Source: a virus (Duplodnaviria; Caudoviricetes). From it: DNA of 64,000 nucleotides. A program made the position numbers and the translations under genes. The stretch lies in IMG/VR virus record IMGVR_UViG_3300022602_000025; one strand, given 5' to 3'. Numbering within the stretch: the stretch's first letter is position 1; every line of letters starts with the position of its first letter. The notes under the pieces were generated by a model. The model did not search any database. It saw only the letters and a list, made by a program, of their open reading frames with translations, and had not been told where the DNA came from. Below, one piece after another: positions 16,378-24,571 of the stretch.

Positions 16378-17180
16378 TGTATTTTAGCAGTATAGGTATC
16401 ATAGGAGTAGGTTTTGTAGGTAATGCAATTAGAGATTCTTTTTCAGGAAGTGGTGTAACACGCCTAGTATTGATAGATCAAGATCCTAATAAAACTACAG
16501 GAACTTATGACGACATTATGAACTGCGAGGGCGTATTTGTGTGCGTCCCCAGTCCTATGTCAGATGACGGAAGTTGCGATACTAGCATCTTAGAAAGCGT
16601 TTTAGAACGTTTAAAAGATTACGATGGTGTAATTATCAGTAAATGTACAGCACCACCAGATGTATATGAAAGATTGAACAAGCAGTATAAAAATCTTGTG
16701 CATGTTCCAGAGTTTTTAACAGCGGCCAATGCTGTACAAGATTATGCTAGACAACAATTCTCTATTATTGGCGGAAGTGTACAAGCATACAGATACGAAG
16801 CAGAACGTATTATTAAATCATCATTACCAGATTTACAAGGCGTACAACATTGTTCAATTGGTGAAGCCGCGATGGCCAAATATCTAATCAATACATTTTT
16901 GGCTACCAAGGTGATTTACATGAACGAATTTAAACAACTAGCAGATGCCGCAGGGTTGGACTATGATCGCATTGTTAGGATGACGTCATTTGATGAGCGA
17001 ATTGGACGTAGCCATATGAAAGTTCCAGGCCCAGATGGTGCATACGGATTTGGCGGTGCGTGTTTTCCAAAAGACACTGCGGCATTATTAAAATATGCAG
17101 AAAAACTTAGTGTACCAATGAATGTTTTGGACACAGCCGTCAAGAAAAATACTCTGTTAAGATTGACAGAGCCTAAATAA
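16377..17180 (+). CDS. UDP-glucose/GDP-mannose dehydrogenase family protein, short form
   Basis: GIIGVGFVG Rossmann, CVPSP, KCTAPP, PEFL, KYLINTFLATK, GFGGACFPKD; ends before the usual C-terminal domain. Confidence 0.9.
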   Translation: MYFSSIGIIGVGFVGNAIRDSFSGSGVTRLVLIDQDPNKTTGTYDDIMNCEGVFVCVPSPMSDDGSCDTSILESVLERLKDYDGVIISKCTAPPDVYERLNKQYKNLVHVPEFLTAANAVQDYARQQFSIIGGSVQAYRYEAERIIKSSLPDLQGVQHCSIGEAAMAKYLINTFLATKVIYMNEFKQLADAAGLDYDRIVRMTSFDERIGRSHMKVPGPDGAYGFGGACFPKDTAALLKYAEKLSVPMNVLDTAVKKNTLLRLTEPK

Positions 17181-17231
17181 TCAAGTAAAATAACTTAAAG
17201 ACATCCACGTCATTAACTCGGAGAATAATAA

Positions 17232-17996
17232 TTGACAACATTTACAACAGAAGATCTACAGAACGTGATCAACGGCGCTGACAATATGAGCGATAAAGGC
17301 TACAAAGAATCGAATCTAGCAGATGTCATTCGTGCTAGAATGAAACGTGAAGGTAAGCGTTTTTGGGCAGGCGACAACATTAGCGATTATGTTTCAGAAG
17401 AAGACAAAACAATCCTAATCAAAGAAGCAACTGAAGCATTTGAAAAAGTATTAGATACTTTGCTTATTGATAGAAACACTGATCCTAATAGCCAAGGTAC
17501 CGCTAAACGTTTGGCTAAAATGTATTTTAACGAGATAATGGCAGGCAGATATGACCCAGCACCAGATGCAACAAGTTTCCCAAATGAAGTCGAAGATGGC
17601 TACAAAGGTATGCTCGTGGTTCGTAGTGAGTTGCGTAGCATGTGTAGTCATCATCATCAGCCCGTTGCTGGTGTTGCTTACATTGGTATCATTGCCGCTG
17701 ATAGGCTTATTGGCTTATCAAAATACACTAGAATCGCCCAGTGGTGTGCTAGAAGAGGAACTCTCCAGGAGGAACTTTGTAATGATATTGCTAGGGAGAT
17801 TTCCGCAGCAACAGGATCAAAAAACGTAGCCGTTTATATTCAAGCTGTTCATGGTTGCTGTGAGAACAGAGGTATTATGGCTAAGAGTTCATTAACTCAA
17901 ACTACCGTATTAACAGGTGCATTTAAAGATGACCCAGATACTAAGAAAGAGTTTTTTGACAACATCAAACTACAACAGGAGTTTGCTACAAAATGA
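17232..17996 (+). CDS. folE: GTP cyclohydrolase I
   Basis: SMCSHHHQP, GLSKYTRI, LQEEL, HGCCENRG motifs; TTG start after GGAG. Confidence 0.95.
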   Translation: MTTFTTEDLQNVINGADNMSDKGYKESNLADVIRARMKREGKRFWAGDNISDYVSEEDKTILIKEATEAFEKVLDTLLIDRNTDPNSQGTAKRLAKMYFNEIMAGRYDPAPDATSFPNEVEDGYKGMLVVRSELRSMCSHHHQPVAGVAYIGIIAADRLIGLSKYTRIAQWCARRGTLQEELCNDIAREISAATGSKNVAVYIQAVHGCCENRGIMAKSSLTQTTVLTGAFKDDPDTKKEFFDNIKLQQEFATK

Positions 17997-18220
17997 CAGG
18001 TGACGTAATTCTTTTATTTGTTGTGCTAGGACTCGGCATGCTGATTGGACACAATTGGCACTGGGAAAGTGAACGCAAATACAAAGCACGACTATTAAAA
18101 GAATTAGACAGCGAACTCAAAGATGAATTGCTCGTAGAAAAAAATCTAAACGAAAGTCTCAAACAAGATTTAGCAGATATAAAATCTCAACTACGTAAAT
18201 TACAGATAGGAAAAAAATAA
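17993..18220 (+). CDS. Small membrane-anchored coiled-coil protein
   Basis: N-terminal hydrophobic helix followed by a heptad-rich segment. Confidence 0.65.
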   Translation: MTGDVILLFVVLGLGMLIGHNWHWESERKYKARLLKELDSELKDELLVEKNLNESLKQDLADIKSQLRKLQIGKK

Positions 18221-18582
18221 TGTCAAACGGTTATGCAGTGGCAGTAGATGAAAGCGCATACATGCCATCAAGAAAATCTAAAAAGAAATCAAACTTTGTA
18301 AAACGTTGGCTTTACAAATGGGTATCAGAGGAAGTTGATAATCAACGATTAGAGGAAAAAATGTCAGCAGGAAGTATATCAATTGGTCCGTCAAATCGCA
18401 TAGACAGCGATAAAGGAATCCGTTTCCAAGTATATAAAGCCACTGGCGGATTTGTTGTAGAAACATCACTTTATGATCGTCAACGTGATCGTCATCATAA
18501 TAGCTTACATATTATTACCGATGACCAAGACCTTGGTGCACAAATTGGCAAAATTATCACGATGGAAACATTAAAGGCATAA
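18220..18582 (+). CDS. hypothetical protein
   Basis: 120-aa ORF, TAATG coupling. Confidence 0.75.
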   Translation: MSNGYAVAVDESAYMPSRKSKKKSNFVKRWLYKWVSEEVDNQRLEEKMSAGSISIGPSNRIDSDKGIRFQVYKATGGFVVETSLYDRQRDRHHNSLHIITDDQDLGAQIGKIITMETLKA

Positions 18583-18815
18583 TGGCTATTTTTGATCCAA
18601 GAGATACACATGTTATCCAGAACGGCGGTTCAGCGGTTACTTACATAACTTCAATAGATCAACAGAATGTTTGGCTTAATGAATTTAAAGTAGATCCAAT
18701 CCGTTTAGGACGCATGTGTGACAAATTTCCAGCTTTACAAAAGTCTTGGGAACAGTTTAAAATAACTTATGAACTTTGCAGGAGCCAAGATGACATTGAC
18801 AGACAAATTCCTTAA
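18582..18815 (+). CDS. hypothetical protein
   Basis: 77-aa ORF, TAATG coupling. Confidence 0.65.
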   Translation: MAIFDPRDTHVIQNGGSAVTYITSIDQQNVWLNEFKVDPIRLGRMCDKFPALQKSWEQFKITYELCRSQDDIDRQIP

Positions 18816-19272
18816 TTGGTTAGATAGTATAGGACGCAAGCGTATCATTCTAGATCGACTATGCAACGAGCCTTATCTAGAACGCTACTATCTATTTTTA
18901 AAAGACCGTGAAAATTTTCCCTTTAACGTATTCCTACACAAATTCCTAAAAGGCGACCCAGACGATGTTCATGATCATCCTTGGGGCTATTGCACTTTTA
19001 TTTTGAAGGGCGGTTATTACGAATGGGTTCCTGTCTTTAACACGATAGGTGAAAAAATTAATGAAATACGATATTGGCGTGGTCCAGGTCACTTCCGTAT
19101 TTGTAAGCCTAATAGCTATCACCGTATTGAATTAAAGCCAGGTGTTACAGCATGGACTTTGTTTATGCCTTTGAAGAAAGTGCGTGAATGGGGATTTTTA
19201 GTCAGCAACAAATGGATTCATAACGAAAAATATTTAAAGGATCGCCGTGAACAAGCAAGTAATAGCATATAG
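18790..19272 (+). CDS. Cupin-fold protein
   Basis: HDHPW ... ILKGGYYE ... YHRIEL; SD GGAG at 18781 supports ATG 18790. Confidence 0.7.
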   Translation: MTLTDKFLNWLDSIGRKRIILDRLCNEPYLERYYLFLKDRENFPFNVFLHKFLKGDPDDVHDHPWGYCTFILKGGYYEWVPVFNTIGEKINEIRYWRGPGHFRICKPNSYHRIELKPGVTAWTLFMPLKKVREWGFLVSNKWIHNEKYLKDRREQASNSI

Positions 19273-19744
19273 TGATTATGAAAATTTAATTAGCAATATT
19301 TGTAGAGAAATACATCATAGCGGATGGACTCCAGACTATGTTGTAGGACTTACTCGCGGTGGGTTAATTCCTGCCGTTTTCCTTAGCCATTGGCTAGATG
19401 TTAAAATGAACAGTTTAGACATCAGTTTGCGAGATGGCGGTGATTGCGTTAGTAATCTAGGTATGGCTAGTGATGCGTTTGATGGAGTTAATATCTTAGT
19501 AGTCGATGACATCAACGACACAGGTGCTACATTTAATTGGTTGATGAACGATTGGCAAAATAGTGCTCATCCGTCTAGTGAAGTATGGGAAAAGGTTTGG
19601 AACGGAAATGTTAAATTTGCAGTCGTTGTGGATAACTTATCAAGTAAGTCTAAGGTTAGTATGGACTTTGTTGGTATGGAAATTAACAAAGCAGACGAAG
19701 ATGTCTGGATTGAATTCCCTTACGAGAATTGGTGGAAGAAATGA
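19247..19744 (+). CDS. Type I phosphoribosyltransferase (xanthine/hypoxanthine PRT-like)
   Basis: VVGLTRGGLIPA and ILVVDDINDTGAT PRPP-binding motif. Confidence 0.9.
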   Translation: MNKQVIAYSDYENLISNICREIHHSGWTPDYVVGLTRGGLIPAVFLSHWLDVKMNSLDISLRDGGDCVSNLGMASDAFDGVNILVVDDINDTGATFNWLMNDWQNSAHPSSEVWEKVWNGNVKFAVVVDNLSSKSKVSMDFVGMEINKADEDVWIEFPYENWWKK

Positions 19745-20103
19745 CAAGATTAGAAGGTTTTGTTCCTAAGGGGTGGGGCTCAGAATTTATCTGGGCTAGC
19801 ACTGATCAATACTGTGGCAAGTTAATGAACTTTAACAAAGGTGCAAAGTTTAGTATGCACTTCCATAAAGACAAAGATGAAACTTGGTATGTACAATCTG
19901 GCAGATTTATTGTCCGCTGGATCGATACCAAGACTGCCGAAACACATGATTGGGAAATAGGTGTTGGCACAGTGTGGCACATTCCGCCATGTATGCCACA
20001 TCAACTTATCTGTGTTGAAGCAGGAACAGTTATCGAAGTTAGTACCCCTGATAGTGTAGAAGACAATTATCGTGTAATTCCAGGCGATAGCCAGAAAGGG
20101 TAG
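19741..20103 (+). CDS. Cupin (mannose-6-phosphate isomerase / sugar isomerase-like)
   Basis: KGWG.E ... SMHFH.DKDETWYVQSG ... HQL ... EVSTPD. Confidence 0.75.
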   Translation: MTRLEGFVPKGWGSEFIWASTDQYCGKLMNFNKGAKFSMHFHKDKDETWYVQSGRFIVRWIDTKTAETHDWEIGVGTVWHIPPCMPHQLICVEAGTVIEVSTPDSVEDNYRVIPGDSQKG

Positions 20104-20104
20104 T

Positions 20105-20326
20105 ATGTATAAAACAATTTACACAGAAGTCGAAGTTGATGTTGACTTAGCAGATTTTGACACAGACGATCTAATTGAAGAATTAGAGTCACGTGGCTCG
20201 GGTGTTATGGACTATGGTGATGGCAAAGAAGTGCTAGAATCCATTTACCAAAAACGTAGACTGGGCAAAGATTACCAAGCTGAACTGGAAACCCTAATCT
20301 ATCTAGGACTTGGTCGCATCATATGA
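20105..20326 (+). CDS. hypothetical acidic protein
   Basis: 73-aa ORF between coupled neighbours. Confidence 0.7.
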   Translation: MYKTIYTEVEVDVDLADFDTDDLIEELESRGSGVMDYGDGKEVLESIYQKRRLGKDYQAELETLIYLGLGRII

Positions 20327-20724
20327 AGAAGATAATTGTCAACGGCACATTTGATATCCTACATCAAGGACATATCAGAATGCTAAACACAGCACGTAGC
20401 CTAGGAGACTATCTACTTGTGTGTATTGACACAGACCGTAGGGTTAAAGAACTTAAAGGCGAAAATCGTCCTATCGTAAATCAATACGATCGCAAATATC
20501 ATTTAGAACAGTTACGATCAGTAGATCAAGTTTTGATGTTTGATAGCCAAGAAGAACTTATAGAAATTATTCAAATCTTTAAACCAGACATTATGGTCAA
20601 AGGTAGCGACTACAAAGGTCGTAGTGTAATTGGTGAAACTTATGTACCAGAAGTAATTTATTATGAACGACTCGGTGAATACTCAACAACGAAAACACTT
20701 CAAACTATTATTGATCGGAGATGA
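20323..20724 (+). CDS. RfaE domain II-like cytidylyl/adenylyltransferase
   Basis: NGTFDILHQGHIRML, KGENRPI, KGSDY, YSTT. Confidence 0.9.
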   Translation: MKKIIVNGTFDILHQGHIRMLNTARSLGDYLLVCIDTDRRVKELKGENRPIVNQYDRKYHLEQLRSVDQVLMFDSQEELIEIIQIFKPDIMVKGSDYKGRSVIGETYVPEVIYYERLGEYSTTKTLQTIIDRR

Positions 20725-21445
20725 TTGTGTAGATGTTTATCGTTTTGGAACGGTAGACCGCATATCACCCGAAGCACCTGTACCTGTGTTTAAATTTTCA
20801 CATGATGAAGAAAAACCAGGAATGGCTGCTAATGTACAACTCAATTTAGAAGCGTTAGGCTGTGCTGTCGTTCCTATGCTAGGAAAAGAAAGCGTTAAGA
20901 CTCGTTATATTGACTTGCGATCAAAACAACATATTATGAGATCTGATGTTGACTCTACTTCTACTCCGTTACCATTTGATCATATTCCTTATGATTTAAA
21001 CAACGGTAATGTAGATGCTATTGTTATTAGCGATTATAACAAAGGATATGTTAGTTACGATCTAATAAAAAATCTTCGTAAGGCCTATCATGGTCCTATA
21101 TTTGTCGACACTAAAAAGCATGACCTAGCACAATTAGAAGGGTGCATTATTAAAATTAATATGCACGAATACAGCCAGCTTACTAGCCACCCTAGCGATT
21201 ACACTGACATGATTGTTACCTATGGCGATAAAGGAGTTGTATGGGGTGATTTTGCGTTTAATGCAAAAACTGTCGAAGTAGCTGATGTATGCGGAGCAGG
21301 CGATACATTTTTATCTGCATTGGTCTACGGCTACCTAACTACTAACAGTATGCAAGATGCTATTAATTTTGCGATTAATGCTAGTGCTGTCACAGTACAG
21401 CATTTAGGAAACTATGCACCAACGTTAGAGGAAATAAATGGATAA
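20663..21445 (+). CDS. PfkB/ribokinase-family kinase (RfaE domain I-like)
   Basis: LIGDDCVDVY..RISPEAPVP, SDYNKG, DVCGAGDTF; start could be GTG 20675. Confidence 0.9.
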   Translation: MNDSVNTQQRKHFKLLLIGDDCVDVYRFGTVDRISPEAPVPVFKFSHDEEKPGMAANVQLNLEALGCAVVPMLGKESVKTRYIDLRSKQHIMRSDVDSTSTPLPFDHIPYDLNNGNVDAIVISDYNKGYVSYDLIKNLRKAYHGPIFVDTKKHDLAQLEGCIIKINMHEYSQLTSHPSDYTDMIVTYGDKGVVWGDFAFNAKTVEVADVCGAGDTFLSALVYGYLTTNSMQDAINFAINASAVTVQHLGNYAPTLEEING

Positions 21446-21839
21446 TCATATTTTTAAAGGTATCCCAGATGATATCGATGATAGCGAAGCACCGTGGACT
21501 GAATTAGTAAACGAAGACTATCATGTAAAAGTTTTTGCGGACAAGTATCCTTGTACGCCAGGGCATTTATTGTATGTGCCTAAATATAACACCTTAGGAG
21601 TTTTAAGTGATGCGTTTGAAGATGCAGTTAGATATGGTAAAGGAATGGTGGAAGCCGGAGAATGGGACGGTTTCAATGTGGGACTTAACTATGGCAAAGC
21701 TGCAGGTCAAACTGTCAACTGGCCTCATATACATCTTATCCCACGCAGAACGGGCGATGTCGAAGATCCGGTTGGCGGTGTTAGGAACACAATGCCAGGC
21801 AAAGGCAACTATCGCTCGCCGAACTTTCGAGCAGATTAA
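21438..21839 (+). CDS. HIT-family nucleotide hydrolase
   Basis: PGHLLYVPK, AGQTVNWPHIHLIPR. Confidence 0.85.
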   Translation: MDNHIFKGIPDDIDDSEAPWTELVNEDYHVKVFADKYPCTPGHLLYVPKYNTLGVLSDAFEDAVRYGKGMVEAGEWDGFNVGLNYGKAAGQTVNWPHIHLIPRRTGDVEDPVGGVRNTMPGKGNYRSPNFRAD

Positions 21840-22257
21840 ACCAACGTTTTCTTTGCCTTTGCTAACAGTCGGTCAACCTGGGCAGGTATTGACAGCAGGA
21901 ACAGGACTGTACTCTACTGTACCACAATGGGCGTTTCCAAACAACTCTATCACATTTCACAATAAAGATAGTAAACCTACATTAATCATTACTAACGATG
22001 GTGATGTGGAATGGCACGGTAAACCTAGCGAAGCCGCTGATGCATTAGTGCGTACTTTCCAATTCAAAGTGGAAGATATGAAAGGTGTTACCAAAGCTGC
22101 TAGACGTAGATATTATTTGCGGGCCTGCCAAAATATTCTAAATAAAGCTGAAACTATGGAACATAATGAATTTCTTGACTTTCTACGCAAACATGTGTAT
22201 AATAAAGAAAGACGTGTCATTATGAGTGCATTAAAAGGAGAAGATGATGTTTCATGA
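21757..22257 (+). CDS. hypothetical protein
   Basis: Protein-like composition downstream of the HIT stop; the nearest upstream ATG is 21757, inside the HIT gene; start uncertain. Confidence 0.55.
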   Translation: MSKIRLAVLGTQCQAKATIARRTFEQIKPTFSLPLLTVGQPGQVLTAGTGLYSTVPQWAFPNNSITFHNKDSKPTLIITNDGDVEWHGKPSEAADALVRTFQFKVEDMKGVTKAARRRYYLRACQNILNKAETMEHNEFLDFLRKHVYNKERRVIMSALKGEDDVS

Positions 22258-22483
22258 ATCGATTAAAGTAAATGAATTTTTAGTTAAAGATAATCCTGGT
22301 TTCCGTATGCGTGTACAGGCTTGGGAAGTAGCCAGTCCAAAAGGATTATACAGTTTAGATTTTATCCAAGAATCTAAAGACTCAGATGGCGAAATTATAG
22401 GTACTCAAACTTATAATTTCTTCATGACAGCAGATGAAATTTCTAAATTATGTGAGGGTTTACAAAATGCAAGTAAGAGCTAA
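22244..22483 (+). CDS. hypothetical protein
   Basis: 79-aa ORF with SD AGGAG. Confidence 0.75.
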   Translation: MMFHESIKVNEFLVKDNPGFRMRVQAWEVASPKGLYSLDFIQESKDSDGEIIGTQTYNFFMTADEISKLCEGLQNASKS

Positions 22484-22637
22484 TCCAAACGGTAAAATTG
22501 GTACCTGTGGGTGTGGTCGTAGTCCGACTGGTAATTGTTGCGGATGGCATGGCCTAAGTGAAGAACAGTATCAAGAAGCCCATGCCAAATGGTTGCAAGA
22601 AAACAGCGTTGAAAGCGAAGGCGGAGAAATTGAGTAA
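22467..22637 (+). CDS. Small CDGSH-like iron-sulfur/zinc-finger protein
   Basis: CGCGRSPTGNCCGWH resembles CxCxxS...CDGSH; SD GAGG upstream of ATG 22467. Confidence 0.65.
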   Translation: MQVRANPNGKIGTCGCGRSPTGNCCGWHGLSEEQYQEAHAKWLQENSVESEGGEIE

Positions 22638-23490
22638 GATTAAAATCGCAGAGTTGTTTTACAGCATACAAGGTGAAGGCCGCTATATGGGCGTGCCAAG
22701 TGTCTTTTTACGTACATTTGGTTGTAACTTTAAATGTGCGGGTTTTGGCATGCCACGTGGTGAGCTGAGTACAGAAGCAGATGAAATTGCGGAAGTAAAA
22801 CAGCATTTTACAAAATACGAAGAACTACCGTTAGTATCAACTGGTTGTGATAGTTATGCATCATGGCATCCTGATTTTAAAGATCTAAGTCCCATGCTAA
22901 CAAGTGATGCAATCGCAGATCGCATTATGGAAATCCTTCCGCATAATGAATGGCTAGATGAACATTTAGTCATCACAGGTGGTGAACCCCTGTTAGGTTG
23001 GCAACGTGCTTATCCAGATTTACTTGACAATCCTAAAATGTCTGGATTGAAAGAAATTACTTTTGAAACAAATGGTACTCAGAAACTTACACAAGAGTTT
23101 AAAGAATATTTAAAAACCTGGAATCAACGACAATTTCCACATGGTGATTGTGGGGAGATTACATTTAGTGTAAGTGCTAAACTTCCTTGCAGTGGCGAAA
23201 AGTGGGAAGATGCTATCAAGCCAGAAGTCGTATGCGAATATGAAGAAGTTGGTACAGCATACTTGAAATTTGTCATTGCTACAGAACAAGACTTTGCTGA
23301 TGCAGAATGTGCTATTGGTGCATATCGCGCCGCTGGATTTAAAGGACATGTTTACTTAATGCCAGTTGGTGGCGTTGAAAGTGTATATGCTTTGAATAAT
23401 AAATCAGTGGCACTAATGGCTATGAAACATGGTTTACGCTATAGCGATCGTTTACAAGTTCCGCTATTTAAAAACGAGTGGGGTACTTAA
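22630..23490 (+). CDS. queE: 7-carboxy-7-deazaguanine synthase (radical SAM)
   Basis: ELFYSIQGEG..G.PSVFLRTFGCNFKC...GCDS, ITGGEP, FETNGT, SAKL, YLMP, RLQV; TTG start at 22630 after GGAG. Confidence 0.9.
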   Translation: MSKIKIAELFYSIQGEGRYMGVPSVFLRTFGCNFKCAGFGMPRGELSTEADEIAEVKQHFTKYEELPLVSTGCDSYASWHPDFKDLSPMLTSDAIADRIMEILPHNEWLDEHLVITGGEPLLGWQRAYPDLLDNPKMSGLKEITFETNGTQKLTQEFKEYLKTWNQRQFPHGDCGEITFSVSAKLPCSGEKWEDAIKPEVVCEYEEVGTAYLKFVIATEQDFADAECAIGAYRAAGFKGHVYLMPVGGVESVYALNNKSVALMAMKHGLRYSDRLQVPLFKNEWGT

Positions 23491-23663
23491 TGGCCGAACT
23501 ACATAAAAGAACTGTAATCCGTGCGTTAACATATCGTATCATTGCTTTGCTTATTACAGCTCTGTGGACTGGGTTAAGCGATGCTGTTATTATTCATATC
23601 ATTTTAACAGCCGTGCATTATATACACGAACGCATTTGGCTAAAGATCAAGTGGGGTAACTAA
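23490..23663 (+). CDS. Small membrane protein (DUF2061-like)
   Basis: RTVIRALTYRII ... HYIHERIW.KIKWG. Confidence 0.6.
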   Translation: MAELHKRTVIRALTYRIIALLITALWTGLSDAVIIHIILTAVHYIHERIWLKIKWGN

Positions 23664-23908
23664 TGGAATCAATTGCCGCACCTAAAACTATAGAAGTGTT
23701 TGTACTAGTAAAACAAACAGGGCTAGCGTTCTGTACGATTGGAACAAATAGTGCGGCACTTGGTTCTGGATTCTTTTATACTCTTAAAGAAGCAGAACAT
23801 CAACGTACTATGGAAGTGCTTAGAGAAGAAAGCACACCTAGTTCGTCAAAATCATTATATCATATTTTTGAATTAACCGTACCTAATCCAGGATATAAGG
23901 AAGTATGA
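23663..23908 (+). CDS. hypothetical protein
   Basis: 81-aa coupled ORF. Confidence 0.7.
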   Translation: MESIAAPKTIEVFVLVKQTGLAFCTIGTNSAALGSGFFYTLKEAEHQRTMEVLREESTPSSSKSLYHIFELTVPNPGYKEV

Positions 23909-24192
23909 TGGGTCACGGATACTACGGAAAGAAAGCTATGGCAAATAGTCGTTGGGACGATAGTGAAGTACAAGCAAGTCCACCTTCTGAAGATTACGGA
24001 CTAGGTAGGGCACAATATTGGAAAGTTAAACTATGCTGGACTCCAAGAAAATGCTATATATCAGGTAAACCGTTATGGGGTAAACGTGCATATCATGGTG
24101 AGCGTTGGATCACTGGTCCAGGCGAGCCTATAGTAGAACATTATTGGATTGATAAGTACGAATTCATTAAGTGGCAATTAACAAGGACATAA
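23905..24192 (+). CDS. hypothetical protein
   Basis: 95-aa ORF, W/Y-rich. Confidence 0.65.
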   Translation: MMGHGYYGKKAMANSRWDDSEVQASPPSEDYGLGRAQYWKVKLCWTPRKCYISGKPLWGKRAYHGERWITGPGEPIVEHYWIDKYEFIKWQLTRT

Positions 24193-24193
24193 T

Positions 24194-24571
24194 ATGTTTG
24201 ATAAAATTAAAAAGTTTTTTGATGAAAGAAAAGTCAAAAAGGAAGCGAAGAAATACTTAGTTAAAAATGAGCCCGCAGATGCAAAAACAGCGGCTACTCT
24301 TAAAAAAGAACCCTGGGTATCTGTATTAGATACTCACGTCAATCCAGAGAATCCACGTAATGGATTTTTTGAACTTGACTGGAACGAGTACTTTGTGTTA
24401 ATGTTAACTAAGAACGGTTACAGAGGTACTACTGAAGAAGAAATTGTAGACCAATGGTTCCAAGACCTGTGCCGTGAAATTGGTGCAGAAGATGATATTA
24501 ATATGGAACGTAGAGGTAGCGGATTTGTTACTCGTGCGTTACGTGAAGATGGAAAGGTTGAGATAAGTTAA
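24194..24571 (+). CDS. hypothetical protein
   Basis: 125-aa ORF, SD AAGGA; FFELDWNEYF segment. Confidence 0.75.
   Translation: MFDKIKKFFDERKVKKEAKKYLVKNEPADAKTAATLKKEPWVSVLDTHVNPENPRNGFFELDWNEYFVLMLTKNGYRGTTEEEIVDQWFQDLCREIGAEDDINMERRGSGFVTRALREDGKVEIS

Noticed and set aside
17181-17231. preQ1 or folate riboswitch upstream of folE
   Set aside because: Only a 3-bp GAC/GTC stem is present and the preQ1-I pattern (stem plus 3' A-tract pseudoknot) is not matched; an Rfam/Infernal search would be needed to reopen this.
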